From Narcine bancroftii (taxonomy: Eukaryota), in assembly GCF_036971445.1 (NCBI RefSeq), contig NC_091474.1, positions 139,562,001 to 139,626,000 of the forward strand: DNA of 64,000 bases, written 5' to 3'. Made by a program: the position numbers and the translations under genes. Below, one piece after another: positions 1-13,768 of this stretch. A model generated the notes under the pieces. That model was not told the DNA's origin and did not search any database. It was given only the letters and a program-made list of their open reading frames with translations. Position 1 is the first letter of the stretch. Each line of letters begins with the position of its first letter.

Positions 1-3000
1 GGGTTCAAAACGAGCATTTGGACCATATGAATATTGCAGCTGTTGCTGTTAAACTACCACCCTTCTGTTGTGTTTTTGACAGGCTGAGGCACAATTTCAC
101 CTCAGGAAGATTGAGGTGGACGTGACTCGCTATTATCAGCTCATCATTGCCTTGGACCAAACCACTGCCAAGTGGGTCAGTGACATCCTGGGTGATCCAC
201 CAGAGCATGGAGAGCGCGAGTATGCCACTCTAAAAGCGCTCCTGCCTGTCGACACTTCCACCTGGTGTTTTTACCACAGGAGTTTGGGAAGTCAATACAC
301 GTAGGTGCCTGCCACCCTATGCATTCTTGAGAAACACGCTGGCCAACCGTCATTAATTGCTTCAACGATTGGCCAAAAATCTACAAGCTTTCTATATGTT
401 TGGGATCAGATATCCCAATGTAAATTTTTGGTGGACATAGGATCGGAGGTTAGTGTTTTTCCACCAATCGGTTTCAATACTCGTTATCCTACCACTAACC
501 TCCAATGCACAGCAGTCAATATGTATGGCCCCCAAAAAACGTACGATCAGTTTGAGGGGAACATTTACTTTTATTATAGCGGCCTTGTCATGACGAGGTC
601 ATGACTAGGAGCTGATTTCCTTTGAGCTCATTCATTCATGGTGGATTTAAAAGGGCGATGACTGGTGGACAGTACCACCTTTCAAACTATTAGCCTAGCA
701 GAATCGCATGTTCCTGCGCTATGCCTTCAAGCCCTGCGTAAGACTGTTGATAAGTTCTCCAGACTTGTAGAAGAGTTTCCCAAAATTACAGCTTTGCAGT
801 TTTTGACCCTCACCGCGAAACATGGAGAAACTCACCATATTTCTACCAAGTGTCCTCCCATTCATGCTAAGGCACGTCACTTGCCCCTAGAGAAACTGGA
901 ATTAGCTAAACAAGAATTCTACAAAATGGAAGAGTTGAGGATATTTTGTAGGTCCGACAGTGCATGGATGTCTCCATTACATTTAGTCCAAAAATGCACC
1001 AGAGGGTGGAGACCTTGTGGAGGTTATAGACGGCTCAGCTATACTGGATCGCTACCCTATTTCCCATATTCAAGACTTTTCACTGAATCTGCACGGGGTG
1101 AAAATCTTTTCAAAAGTGGCCTTGGTGCGCAGATATCACCAGGTGCCAGTGAAACCAGACAGCATTCCGAAAACGGCGATAATTACCCCTTTCGGATTGT
1201 TCACATTTTTACGTAAGCCTTTTGGGTTAAAAAATGCAGCTCAGACCTTTCAGTGAGTTATCGACACAGTAGGGCATGGCATGGCCAACGTCTTCATTTA
1301 TCTAGATGTCATATTAGTCACCAGCAAAACTAAAGAAGAGCACGTGGAACATCTAAGTACACTTTATAGACGTTTGTGAGAATTTGGACTGACCATCAAT
1401 CCAGATAAGTGTGTTTTCAGCCAAAAGTCCATAGAATTCCAGGGACATACAATCACCATAGCAGTGCATGGTTCACCAGCCTTCCAAAATCAACAACATG
1501 ACTAAATATTCCAGACCAACCACTGACAAAGGTCTGCAAGAGTTCTTGGGCATGGTTCATTTTTATCGTCGATTCCTTCCACCAGCAGCTCGCATTATGA
1601 AGCCTCTGTTCAATCTGCTGTGTGGTAATGTCAAATCTATTCAGTGGGCAGATGAGAGTTGAAATGCTTTCCTAAAGACAAAGGAACTATTATCTCAAAC
1701 ACCCATGCTCAGTTATCCAGTCCTAAACGCAGCCATTGCTCTTTCAACAGACACATCCGATGTGGCCATAGGGGGCGCTCTACAGCAGTATGTCAATGGA
1801 CAATAGAAGTCATTGGCATTCTTTAGCCGCCACCTCCGTGAGGCTGAGAAAAATATACAGCACCTTTGGTAAAGAGCTCCTAGCCACATATTTGTCCATC
1901 CATTACTCCCATTACTTTTTGGAAGGCTGACACTTCATCACGTTTTCAAATGTGTTGGATCCCTGGTCAACTCGACAACAGCAGCAGTTATCCTTCATTT
2001 CAGAATTCTCTACCAGAATAACGAACATTTCTAGAAAAGACAATGTAGTGGCTGAAGCACTTTCCCGCTCAGATGCACTCGAGGTATCAGCTATGGATCA
2101 CGGCTCTCGCTACTGCTCAAGCACAAAACAGTGAGATGGAGTCGTTTCGCACCTCGATAACCAACCTACAATGGAAGGATGTGCAAATCAATGCCGACGT
2201 CAAGCTGCTCTTTTGTGACATGTCAATAGGACATCAACGGCCAGTAATTCAAGCTTCGTGGAGATATCGCATTTTTGATTCTGTCCATGCTCTTTTTCAT
2301 CCATCTATCAGATCGACCATTCATCTGATTTCAGACAGATTTGTTTGGCATAGTCCGAAGAAAGACATCAATCAAATGACCAAATCTTGTGTAACTTGTC
2401 AAAAAGTCCAAATCTATCGGCATACGAAATCACCGCTACCTCGCTTCCTACTGGTAACTCACTGCTTCGACCATGTCCATGTGGACATTGTGGGACCAAT
2501 TCCAGTTTCACAAGGCTACCGCTATCTGTTCACAGTGATCGATAGGTTCACAAGATGGCCTGAGGCAGTCACCATGGCAGATGTTTCTACGGACTCTTGT
2601 GCACGAGCATTCCTTAATTCTTGGGTGGGTCACTTTGGCCTACCAGCGCACACCACATCTGACAGAGGACCTCAATTTACTTCTTCATTATTGACGGCCT
2701 AATCTTGGCTGCTCGGTTCTAAGCTTCAACATACAAATGCCTATCACCCACTGTCCAAAGGGATGGTTGAACAATTCCTTCATCATTTTAAATCCTTCTT
2801 AATGGCCAGTTTGGATGGTCCCAACTAGGCAGACAAATTACCATGGGCGTTGCTTGGAATTAGGACAATTCCAAAAGAAAATCTTCACACTTCACCTGCG
2901 GAGGTTGTAAACGGTGCACCTTAGGTGGTCCCAGGGAATTTGTTCCACACGGATCCAGTAAAAGATGATTATCCCAAAAAGCTGCTGAGCAGACTAAGGG

Positions 3001-3525
3001 ATACCATAGGCAAATTATCCCTTGTACCACCATCATCACATGGTAAACACGATTCTTTTGTACCACATGAACTGAAGGACTATGAATACATGTTCGTACA
3101 TAGAGGATCACATTGACAATCCTGGCAGGCATCATACAAAGGAGCATACAGGGTGATAAGACAAAAGGGGTCAACCTGCATCTTGGACATTGCCGGGCAG
3201 CCTCTGTCATTCACAATTGATAGGCTCAAACCTGCCCATGTTGACAAAACTACCCATATTCAACAGCCAGCAGTCCGACACAAAGGCTGACTTCCCAAAA
3301 ATCTATCAGGTGACACTGCCGGTCCTGGAGAGTCCTTGTAGCAGAGCTATAGACAGACTACAACTCTCAGAAGTCTAGCGAGCCAGCACGGGACATCCTA
3401 ACATCATAGCTCAGTGTTTTAAAAGAATATGCGCATAACTTGAGTAAACAAGCTCTGATTTACCTGTAACTCTGTGTGTTGTTATTTGCCGTTCATCAGC
3501 TACCACTGCGTTTTCAGGGGTTACA
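1..3525 (+). mobile_element. Decayed Ty3/Gypsy LTR retrotransposon (gag-PR-RT-RNaseH-IN plus 3' LTR); 5' end outside window
   Basis: Frameshifted fragments in Gypsy order: gag (VAVKLPPF..TRYYQLIIALD), protease FLVDIGSEVSV, RT ([15 protein letters not shown]; [23 protein letters not shown]), RNase H end (NVVAEALSR), integrase (H..HPS..CVTCQ; HVHVDIVGP; TVIDRFTRWPEA; SDRGPQFTS). Many stops. Confidence 0.93.
3337..3525 (+). repeat. Putative 3' LTR of the Gypsy element
   Basis: Starts TGTAGC and ends GTTACA (imperfect TG..CA inverted termini) just after the integrase. Partner LTR is not in the window. Confidence 0.6.
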
Positions 3526-4199
3526 ATGGCAATTCTTCCAAAATTTAATTTGTTAAGCCAAATCAGGAATATTTAAGGAGCGCACTATCTATTTTAAATG
3601 AACCATGCTCTGCTGTATGAATTTTCCCATTGGATATCTTTGTACATTATAAATAATTTAAAAAGATATTTCCCAACAGGGTGACATCATTTCTCCAAGA
3701 GATTATTTGAGAGCAGCTAAATAATTTGTCACTCTTACCAGACCGCCTCTGAATGTTAGTAATGAAATCTTGTGCTTTAACCACGCTCTGGGATTGTATG
3801 GTGATTCAAAACATGAAGGGGTTTATTGCATAAAATTATGACAAGATCTGAATCCTTGTGCATTACATAAACTTATAGTATCTAAACTTGCTTGGATTAT
3901 TGCTATCGATAAATCTAATTACTCAACATTACAATCTAATAAACAAAAGCGTCTGTGTTTTTAAAATTCTTAAAAGCCAAGCAGTTTTGCACAGAATCAC
4001 ATAAACTCCAGCTATTCATTTTGTCACTTTATAAGGGTTGAATAAAATCAAATCAAATCCAGTTTTTGTCCTCTCTTCCAGGGTATACTGATTTTCATTA
4101 GAAATCACTCAACTATGTCCTCAGTCCTTATGTCAATTGTTTCTTAGAACTCAAGTAAATATGTTGCTGCTAAACCCAGAAATAGATTAAATTATCAAA

Positions 4200-6560
4200 C
4201 TTGTTTAAGAATGTATTCACAATCGGAGCCATGTCATATCCAATGAATTTGATCACAATGAGTTTATCGTCGTGCATGTTGTACAACGGACATGTGTGCC
4301 AAAATTCTTACCCGCTGCAGTTAAACAGGTATGGTACTTGTAAAGAAAAACTGTAATGGTAAACTAATTGAATTAAAGTTAAATAAATAAATTAAATAGA
4401 TATAAATATTCACACTTAATCCACTGCAAAAAAAAAAGTGACCTGTAGTAATGCAAGCAGTCCTTCTACGATTTTGGAGTAGTCCATGATTTGTGTACCA
4501 AGGAAGGTTCGAGAATCTGGGAGCTGTTGGAAAGAAACTGTTCTTGAATCTAGAGGTTCTGGTTTTCCGCTTTCCGTACCTTCTGCTCAAAGGCAGCATT
4601 CAGAAGAGGTGGTGCCCAGGGTGATGGGGGCGGTCCTTTCTGATATTGTCTGTCTTCTTGAGGCAGCGCCTCACATAGATATCTTCAGTGGATGGGAGGT
4701 CAGAGTTTATGATTGACCTGACTATATTTGCGACCTTCTGGATTCCTGGGCAGTCGAATTCCCAAACCAGGCGATGATGCAACCAGCCACGGCACATCAG
4801 TAGAAATTTGATAGATTATAAAATGACATGCCAAATCTCCTCAGGCTCCTCAGAGAGTAGGTGTGTTGATGTGCCTTCTTCATGGTTGCCTTAATGTGCT
4901 GTCTCCAGGAAAAGTCTTCTGAAATAGACTCCCCTGATTTTGAAGGTTCTGACACGAACCACCTCCTTCCCCTTAATGCAGATAGGTGTGAGGCCCTTCA
5001 GCCTCTTTTTCCTAAACTCAACAATAATTTCTTGGAGATGTTGAGAGAAAGGTTGTTATACTGACACCACCCAAGCAGGTTTGCGATCTCCATCCTTTTT
5101 CTGATTCATCTTTTTCAGTTATTTGGCAAACAAGGTTGGTGTCATCAGTGAATTTGTAGATTGAGTTGGAACTGAACTTCACTACACAGGGGAGGGCATA
5201 TATGGAATAGGGTAGGGGACTAAGCATAAAACCTTGGGGTGCCAATGGAGGTCAGCATGGAGGAGGGGATGTTTTTGATCCACATTAATTGCGGTCTGCC
5301 AACGAGGAAGTCAAGGATCCAATTGCAGATGGATCTTTAGCTTGGTTTTGCATTATGCTGGTATGATAGTATTGAACACCAAGCTGCTGTCAATCAATGC
5401 CTGCTATAGGTGTTCCTCTGTTCTAGGTGAGCTAACACAGAGTAGGGAACCAGTGAGATGACATCTGCTGTTAACCTGTTATGACGAGAAGGCAAAATGA
5501 TGTAGATTCAGGCCCTCCTGAGAGTAGATTCACTCCATAGCTGACCTCTCAAACAACTTCATCAGGGTAGACGTCAATGCCACTGGCCAGCAGCTATTTT
5601 GAGGTGTGTCATCTTGATCATCTTGGACACCAGAATGGTGGATGTCCTTTAAGAGGAGGGTGGGGTGGGGGGGGGGACTTCAGACCATTATAGTGAGCAG
5701 TTGAAGAGGTTTGCAAAAACTATGGCCAGTTGGTTTGCACAAGTTTTACCAATCTGGGCAGGTATAACATCCCGGCTGGATGCTTTTCGAGGATTCACGC
5801 TATCTGAGACTGGGAGACAAAGTCACCAGGGACTATGGGGGTTTTGAGAGTTCTTGATTGTTTTTTCTTTTGATGTGAGCATTGCAGGCATTGAGCACAT
5901 CCAAAAAATATGATTCGCAATTGATGATATTGTCTTGTTTTCTCTTTTGGATATAATGGTTTGCATGTCCTGCCACAGCTGTCTGGTGTCTGTCTGAGAT
6001 TCCAGCTTGGTCTGAAATTGTCCCTTTGTCATACCTGAACTTTCTGTATGCTTCTGAATCCCTAGACTGAAAGACCATGGATCTATTTGGTCTTTAGTGG
6101 TGCGTCCATCTCTTGGATCATCCATGGCTTCTGATTTAGATATATCTACTAGTCTTAGTCCATACATTCCTGATAAAGTCTTAGGCCACTATAGCATATT
6201 CACCACCAATTCTTCGAAGGTTGCCCGGTTCAACTCTATCTTCTGCTGGTTCTGTGCTCTTCAGTTTCTGTCTGACTACAGGAAGGTGGAGCACAGCCAG
6301 GTGGTCCGACTTTTCACAGTTCAAGAGTGGAATGGAGCAGTCGGTGCTCTTGATAGTAACACGATAGTGGTCGAGAGTGTTCAATCCTCTGGGGTTGCAG
6401 GAGACATGCTGGTGGTAGTTTAGGAGGATCTTCTTTAAGCTTGCCTGGTTTAAGTCCCCAGCAAAGACTGAGAAGTCATTAGGATGCTCAGTATGATGTT
6501 TGATGATCACGGAGTGTAGAACTGTTAGTGCTAGTTTAACATCTGGCTGTGGAGGCAGAT
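4200..6560 (-). mobile_element. Decayed Rex1/Babar-type LINE (APE + RT fragments)
   Basis: Minus-strand fragments AGDLNQASLKKIL..NTLDHY..KSDHLAVLHLP (APE), APQGFMLSPL..KFTDDT (RT), LPSTEDIY..HHPGHHLF, SRFKNSFFP (C-terminus). Boundaries approximate. Confidence 0.8.
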
Positions 6561-7234
6561 TTAAATTTTTACTAAAAGATACAAGGAAGCATACAAAAAA
6601 AATGTTTTCACTCAAGTATTTATGACTTAGAATTCATTGCCTGTTAGGAAAGTAAAAAGAAAATCAATCAAGGTCCTCAAAAGTGAAACCCATTGTCACT
6701 GAATATTGAATAACTTGCAGGTATCTGGGGACAGAATGGAAAAATGGCCAAACTGCTTCCCTAGGAGTTGGCTTGAATTTAATGGGCTGAATGGCTTCTT
6801 CCTGTGTCTTAAAATTAAAATGGTAAATGGTGATTGTCTTTACAACATTTAAAGTGAACTGAATGTGAGGTCACTTGTTGACATGGAAACCAACATTCTA
6901 TTGTGAGAATTAATAGGCCACTTCTCAAGTCAACAGCATGAAGTAAGTTTCTTGTTGTTTTATTTTTATTCTGAGCACAATGAGGTTAAAAATCAATTTA
7001 CAAACTGATATGGGTACATAGCAAGAAAAAAGTATCTTGGCTTCCTGAGAACTGGGCTTAAGATGCTCCAAATGATATTCAAAGGGGTAATCAGAAGGGG
7101 GAGAAGAGTGTGATTGGGAGGGAGAGCGGTGATGGCTCTCAGCATCCCTCCTGGCTCCACAAGCATGCAGTACTTTACTCATACCTGTGCAATCATGCTA
7201 CATTAATGAACACATGTAGACAAACAGAAAAGTC

Positions 7235-7810
7235 TTCTGGCATTGAGATTGTAGATCAATACTCAAAAATGTTGGTGAAACTCAGCAGGTCACAGAGCAT
7301 CTATAGGAAGTCTAGGGTAACTAAAGTTTTGGGCCTGAGCCCTTCATCAAGATTTGAGCAGAAAACAGGCAGGCATCTGTATAAAAAGGTGTGGGGGGTG
7401 GAGAGGAAAAGGAGAGGAAGAGGCAGGGGGAGCAGTATCGACACAGGTATGAGGTGGATATAGGTGGGAAGGTAAAAGAAACATAAGCTGGGGCTATCTG
7501 GGCATTGAAGGAACAACACCTAATATTCCGTCTGCGTGCTCTCCAACCAGATAGCATTAACATAGACTTCTCTGGCTTCTGTCAAATCCCTCCCTCAAGT
7601 CTCTCTCTTTCCTTCTCCCCTTGTCTCCTGTCCTTCAGCTCCCCATCTCCTTCCCTTCTCTCTCCATTCAGAAATCTACCAGAAATCTCCATCTGTCTTC
7701 TACCCTCCCATTTATACCCACCTATGATCACTTACCTGCTAGTGTCTGCTCCTCCCTCTGCTCCTTCCTCCATCCTCTCCTCTTCTTCCCCCATCTTTTT
7801 ATTCAGACAG
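7235..7810. mobile_element. Penelope-like element remnant with inverted pseudo-LTR arrangement
   Basis: 7505 onward encodes KEQHLIFRLRALQPDSINIDFS, a typical PLE ORF C-terminus. ~7370-7480 is an inverted copy of ~7690-7808. Degenerate hammerhead-like motif on the minus strand at 7325-7351. Confidence 0.65.
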
Positions 7811-9125
7811 TGTTGTATTTGGAAAAGTATTAGGTTCAGTGGGTTTCGAGTGATGAGACGGGAATCAGACAGGGACAGCATCATATGATACTTGATCACT
7901 CTCACCACTTAATAACTTTATAGGCATTCACATCAGATCCAGGTTGTACTCCAATACCAGTGACCGCCTATCCTCTACACAGTGCGAGACTAAAACTATA
8001 ACAGTGTAAGCAAGCACATCAGGTGCAAGGATCCCCAGTACCAGTGACTGATTACCCTATCACACTTTCCCATATGTGTACACACTCAGGGACAGGGACT
8101 TCCAAATTCACTCCCAATTCCCTGTACCAACAGGGGTGCGGCTCCCTGCAAACACTGATCTATGGCTATGGCTCAGCTAAGTTTAGAGCACACCTTACCA
8201 ATGACTCCTCCAGCGACGTCCACAGTAACGACATGGCATGGAGCAGCGTTTGTGGCCAGGACTAAGAGGCAGAAGAGCCCAAACTGTCACACGTGTTAGA
8301 ATTTATATGGTTCTGAGCTGGACTGCGTCATTTGAAATGAGCCAACGGTGAGGTGTGCACTAATGGGTGTCCAACATCCATTAGCAGGTGTTGCGACTTC
8401 CAACTAGATTCTACACAAGGAAGTCACATGATCCTCCACAATCCACATGTAACAAGCACCTGCCTGCTTATTGCTCATACTTTGACAAAGGGCTTAGGCC
8501 TGAAATACTGGTCACCCTTTACTTCCTATAGATGCTGCCTGACCTGCTGAGTTTCTCCAGGACTCTTGTGTATGACTCACACAGACTTTGATTTTTTTTT
8601 TAAACTAAGTTAAGTCAGCTGACCAAGAGATAACCCTATATTTTAGTATGTGCTCAAATAGCTGCTGGAACTCTTACTGGTAAATGCAAGAAGTCCAATG
8701 CTCATTTCAGACACCTGCTCTATTTCAGTTTATTTAATCTGAAGCTGAGCAGTTCCGGCTTGTAATAAGCCCATATTTCACATCAAAGGCATCAGTGCCC
8801 ATTTAGTGCCTACAATATCAATGCAGCACCATCAAATTAGGTGTTTTTCAAGCAGATTTAATTCCTGGTGGAAGTTGGTCCAAATCTCTTTCTCAAAGTT
8901 CAGCATTGTGGGTGTCAGGAAACCAAGGACAAAATGCTGTTATTAATTTAAATCCTCCATAAGATAATCAGTTCTCTGATACAATACTAGAGATATGGTG
9001 GTGATTTCAAAAAAATATATTTTGTTTTGAAAAATATTGTAACAGCCTGTAGATATAAATCCTGTGAGTCTAAAAAGAAACCCTGTCAACTTTTGTCAAA
9101 AGAGGCTTTTATCATTTTGGTTCAG

Positions 9126-9258
9126 GTCTACTCTCTCCGAACGTGTTGAAAGTTCTTGCGTCTGCATCAGGCTGTTTACCTCATATGCAACCTCCAACGT
9201 GCTCCAGTGGATGTCTAGCCAGAAAGTACAGATTAATTAATGGGAACTGCAACAACAG
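9126..9258 (+). CDS. tpo: Thyroid peroxidase exon (equivalent to human exon 5), 133 nt
   Basis: ttcag acceptor, gtattt donor. Encodes LLSPNVLKVLASASGCLPHMQPPTCSSGCLARKYRLINGNCNNR, matching the TPO SGCLP..C...C..KYR.I.G.CNNR motif. Confidence 0.93.
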
Positions 9259-12200
9259 GTATTTGGAATTCCCTTCATTTACTCTCAGTTATTATTATGC
9301 TTGGATCTTGTCCTTTTCAAAGATGTTAAGCTATTTAGCTATTGATATTGGCCAGGTACTTTGCTAGACTTTTCCAACAACCAATATTCCACCTGCCTGC
9401 TTCTTGCATCATTTCATAAAGAGCTTGTGTTCCTTTGAGTGGTTGAAAAATTTCAAGCTTGGTGAATTTTGCTTCACAGTGGTGGAAAGTGCTAACATTG
9501 ACATCTCAGATGCCAATGTCAAAGGACCAGCAAAAATTATCTCTAGTTTTTATAAATAGTTTCTATATCTATTGCCGTGGCTTTTTTAAAGTAGACCTAA
9601 AAATCAAGCTATTTTAAATTTGATTTTAAAAAAGGCCAGAGAGAACTTGAGAAAAGAAGCAGTGAAACTCAAGTCAGATGCAATGCCATAAGGATATCAA
9701 ATGTAACTCAGCTGGGAGCACTCTTTCCTTTAATACAAAAGTATGTGGATTTAACTCCAGACACTTTGAACACAGTTCAGCAAAATTTCCAGTGCTGTAC
9801 TCTCAAAGATAAGGTTTCTGGATGAAGTACGATATCAAGATTGTACTCTTGGATGGAAACAAATGGTCCATTAGAATTGTTTTGAAAAAGAACAGAGGAG
9901 TTATTTATGGTGTTAACAAACATAAATGATTCAACAGTTGTTTTGACTTATTTCTGTTTTTGATGCCTTGCTGTACATAAATAGGCTTCCCTTTTTCTTA
10001 CATCACAAAAATCCTTTGGTTTTGTGAATATCATTTACAATATGTCAAAATGTGCTTTGATGGCTAGGACACAAACCTATTATATTCAACCATGTGGCAA
10101 AGGATGATGCTTGAAACCCTTGCTAGTAGGTTACAAGTCCAAATTGTGATGTTGACCCAAGCAGCAAGAAAACAGGTCTCAGCTTGGCCTGAGCTGTTTA
10201 TAAGCTAGATGGTGTTTACACTTTGAAGAATGATTCCTCCCTTATTTCACTTGCCTTTGGCTGAAATGGATAAAAAAATAAAACCAGTGGGTCCATCCCT
10301 GTGGACATTATCTTGTGAAAAGTACAAGGAAAGTTTCTATTTCACTCCAGAGTCACCTCTTAGGTTACTGGCCTCAAACATGCAGATTTTCTCTGCTGGG
10401 CTTCTACTGATGTAAGTACAGGTATTGCTTCTTTTAGCTAATCTTCCTTTATTCTCCCTTATTTTTAACAAACATTACTTCATCACCCCCTAGTACGCAT
10501 GATTAGTTCATCCTGGATTTGTCCATGTTTTCACTCTCTAGCTGCTCCCATTCACTCACTCACCAGATGCCTTTGATACAGCTTAGCCCTGTGATCACTC
10601 CAGGTGACTTTAACCCTCCCCTGAAGTTTCACCCAGTTCTTGTGAATTTTCCTTGACCTGAAATATTGATTTTCTATGTATCAAGAATTGGCTGGTCCCC
10701 TGACCTCAGGCCAGAATGAGAAACCAAAACAATGGAAAAAGACTTCAAATATCCATTAAACCAATCTTCAATCCCATGTCAAAAAGCCAGTTTTCCAAAG
10801 GTAGGCTTTGTATTCCCACGGCAACCATTGCTTCCAGTCCCCATTTTTGTTGATCTTATTCCCAAAGACTGGAATTTCACACTCTTTTGTCTATTTTATC
10901 ATTCTATGTGATTTTGTGTTCCTTGAAGCTTTTTAAACAAATGCATTATCCTTTATCATGCTGAATAATGGATAGAGCCTTAGTGTGATTTTCAAGTTGT
11001 TTAATGGCCATTAAGTCTTGGTTTCTGAAACATAAGTGATGATTTATTGGACCGACAGTTCTAATGTTCACCCCTTCAAAATGTTGTAGGGAACAGAACC
11101 TGACTATGATCGTGTACAGCCATCATTCCTGATTGTTAAGAGCTGCACGATAGGAGTACAGAAATTAATGGAGATAGTTGGATTCCAACTCCATCCTATT
11201 TGCATTTGTGCAGACATCATTCTTAATATATCTTCTCACCAATGTCAAAATGCATCACAGAGTTCCTTGTTCACTTACAGTAAGCTAGGGTAGAAATTAT
11301 GGTCAATTTTCAAACCATGTCAGTTTATCATGATACAGACAGCACATGTCATTACATATTTATGGTGCACAGTCAATTAGTTTGTAGGAAGAACCCCACT
11401 GATCATTTTTGTCAGACGTACTCTTTTCCACCCAGATGATAACTTGGACAACCAGCATTTCCATTCAACCAAAGTTTCTTATTTTCTTTTAAATAGTCTT
11501 TTTTTTAAAAGGATTTCTGCCTTCATGAGCGATATATTTTTCTTGTCAAAAATCTATTGAGATCGAGGTAAGAAACATTATGGGTCATTCTCATTGCAGT
11601 GGCATCAGGCTTAAATAGCAAAATGATACACTTTGACAGGTCATTTCAAAGGGTTGTAGGAAAATAACAGACATTGACAATCGTGCGTCACGTTGTTAAG
11701 AGAAATTTCTTGCACAAAGAAATGTTATAGTTTAATTTGCTAATTCAATTCCACATGACTAATAAATTCATAAATCTTGAAGTTAAAACTGATGATAAAA
11801 GTGCATAAAACTTTGGATTGATTAAAAACTATTTTGATTTTTTTCCCCACTGTATTAATTTACTTCCTTAATGCATTTGTTGCAGCTGCTTTGATAGGAC
11901 TCTGGATTCAATAATGTCACACTTCAAAATAACATGCAAAAGAAAGAGCATCTGGGACAGTTCCAAGAAATGCATGACTTGAATTATTCCATGTTACACT
12001 CGATAATGTTTTCTTTAAGTCTCGTTTATCACAGAATGTGCCATGTCATTATGGACAGAATTAAACATTATGCATTTTGTGTAAGACCAAAAAGGATAGC
12101 AAATTGTGGTCAGCAGCTCATAATTGTTGGGTGTCTAATGATCATCACTGAATGTTGGAAAACACCAGTTGTAGGTCAGACCAGTTCCAGACATTAAACA

Positions 12201-12435
12201 GGAAGGAAAACGTGGACCATGCTTTGAATACCTAACAATGTGGCTGAATACACGCATCACTTACACCCACCCTAGGCATCGTTTCCATTTTAAGCAAAGC
12301 AACAGGTGGCTGAAAGTCGAGCGTGAGAACAATGATACTAATTCCCAAAATAATTAGGAATTCTTCAAAATAATACGATTGCTAAAAAAAAATACAGACC
12401 CGCAAATTTATGTCACATGATTTGAATTATTTCAG

Positions 12436-12565
12436 AAATAATACCAAGTGGGGTGCCTCAAACACTGCCCTCATACGATGGCTCGCTCCAGATTATGAGG
12501 ATGGATTCAGCCAGCCAAAAGGATGGAATTCTGAACACACATACAGAGGGTTTAAGTTGCCTCTT
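12436..12565 (+). CDS. tpo: Thyroid peroxidase exon (equivalent to exon 6), 130 nt
   Basis: tttcag acceptor, gtgagt donor. [43 protein letters not shown]. Phase matches neighbouring exons. Confidence 0.96.
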
Positions 12566-13104
12566 GTGAGTATTTCACCTTCACTTGATTCGCATGGTTT
12601 GAGGAGGAATTTAACTTTGATTGCTTTGTGAGAGGCACTTTAAGTAGATTCATACTACACCCATTGATGGGTGATAAAGTGCCTTATGATTATTTATTAG
12701 GATGAGGGGCTTCTAATTCCCTGCTCCCTGCCCCCTCCCAACCATCATCACTGCACTGTCTTGTTTGACTTTGAATATATTTCAGAGCAAGAAAATAATC
12801 TGATTGAATCAATTTTCTTACTTCTCAGGATTTTGTCAAAGTTGTGACAAAGCACCTTCATGGATCTTTATGTAACTGTTGAATATTTTGGGAAAGGTTC
12901 CTGCATCTGTTGTATTTTTTAAAGAATCACATTCATCTGAAGTCTTTCAAGGATGTTGTTTGCAAAGTCAGGGGCATCTAATGAAAAGTTGATGCAGCCT
13001 CTATTAGATGAGACAATTTGACAGCTTATTTGCAAAAGCTTTGTGTTAGTTCACATTGTTCAGTTCTGTTTACACTTGGGCTGGTGGGTTTACCCCAAAC
13101 TCGC

Positions 13105-13296
13105 CGACCTACAGGACCGGCCTTCACATGCGAGTCTCCATTTCGGCCCTGGCGATCTGCAGGATTGAGCGTCCAACATGAACTTTCACTCTGAACTCGG
13201 CGACTGATAGAACCGAGCTTCAAATGTGGGTTTCCACTTTGGTCCATGCGACCTACAGGACCAAGCCTCCATCGCGATCTCTCACTCTGGCTCTGG
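13105..13296 (+). repeat. Degenerate tandem repeat, 4 x 48 bp
   Basis: Units start at 13105, 13153, 13201 and 13249 (cgacctacaggacc / cgatctgcaggatt / cgactgatagaacc / cgacctacaggacc), with an exact 48-nt period. Confidence 0.85.
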
Positions 13297-13299
13297 GAG

Positions 13300-13545
13300 A
13301 GCACAGGCCTCTCTCTCTCTCCACCCTCTGACTTTCCCAATCTTCCACATCCTCCCTTGGACCCTTCCTACCTTCAACCTCTTGATCCACCCATCCCCCT
13401 CCCCTCCCCAACATCCTCCACTCCTGATATATCCAGCTTCTGCCTTTTCTGATTTTCCTTGAAGAAAGGCTCAGGCCCAAAATGTTGGGCCCTATAGATG
13501 CTGAATAAACCAGAGGAGTTCCTCCAGCCTTTCAGTGTTTTAACA
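13300..13545 (+). mobile_element. Penelope-like 3'/pseudo-LTR remnant
   Basis: Pyrimidine-rich tract followed by ccttgaagaaaggctcaggcccaaaatgttgg..gatgctg, the same motif family as 7325 and 8481. Confidence 0.55.
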
Positions 13546-13768
13546 CAGTTCTGGTGTGCCTAGATAGCAAAGCTCGTAAAAGAAGTGTAATTTATATTTG
13601 ATGGCTCTCCAGTATCAACTCGTGCTATTGAAACTTTCCGCATGGGGTCATGGATTGAAATGGCCTGTTGCTCAGCTTTATGTCTACATTTTTTTTAAAT
13701 TAAAAATGAAAAATGTAAAACATAAGGTGAATCCCATTTGCCTGTTTTCAGCCCATATCCCTCAAAGT

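Noticed and set aside
9300-12400. TE-poor intron sequence as a possible enhancer
   Set aside because: No motif or structure supportable without cross-species alignment.
13105-13296. CRISPR-like array
   Set aside because: Units are similar along their whole length (no unique spacers), the context is vertebrate, and there are no cas genes.
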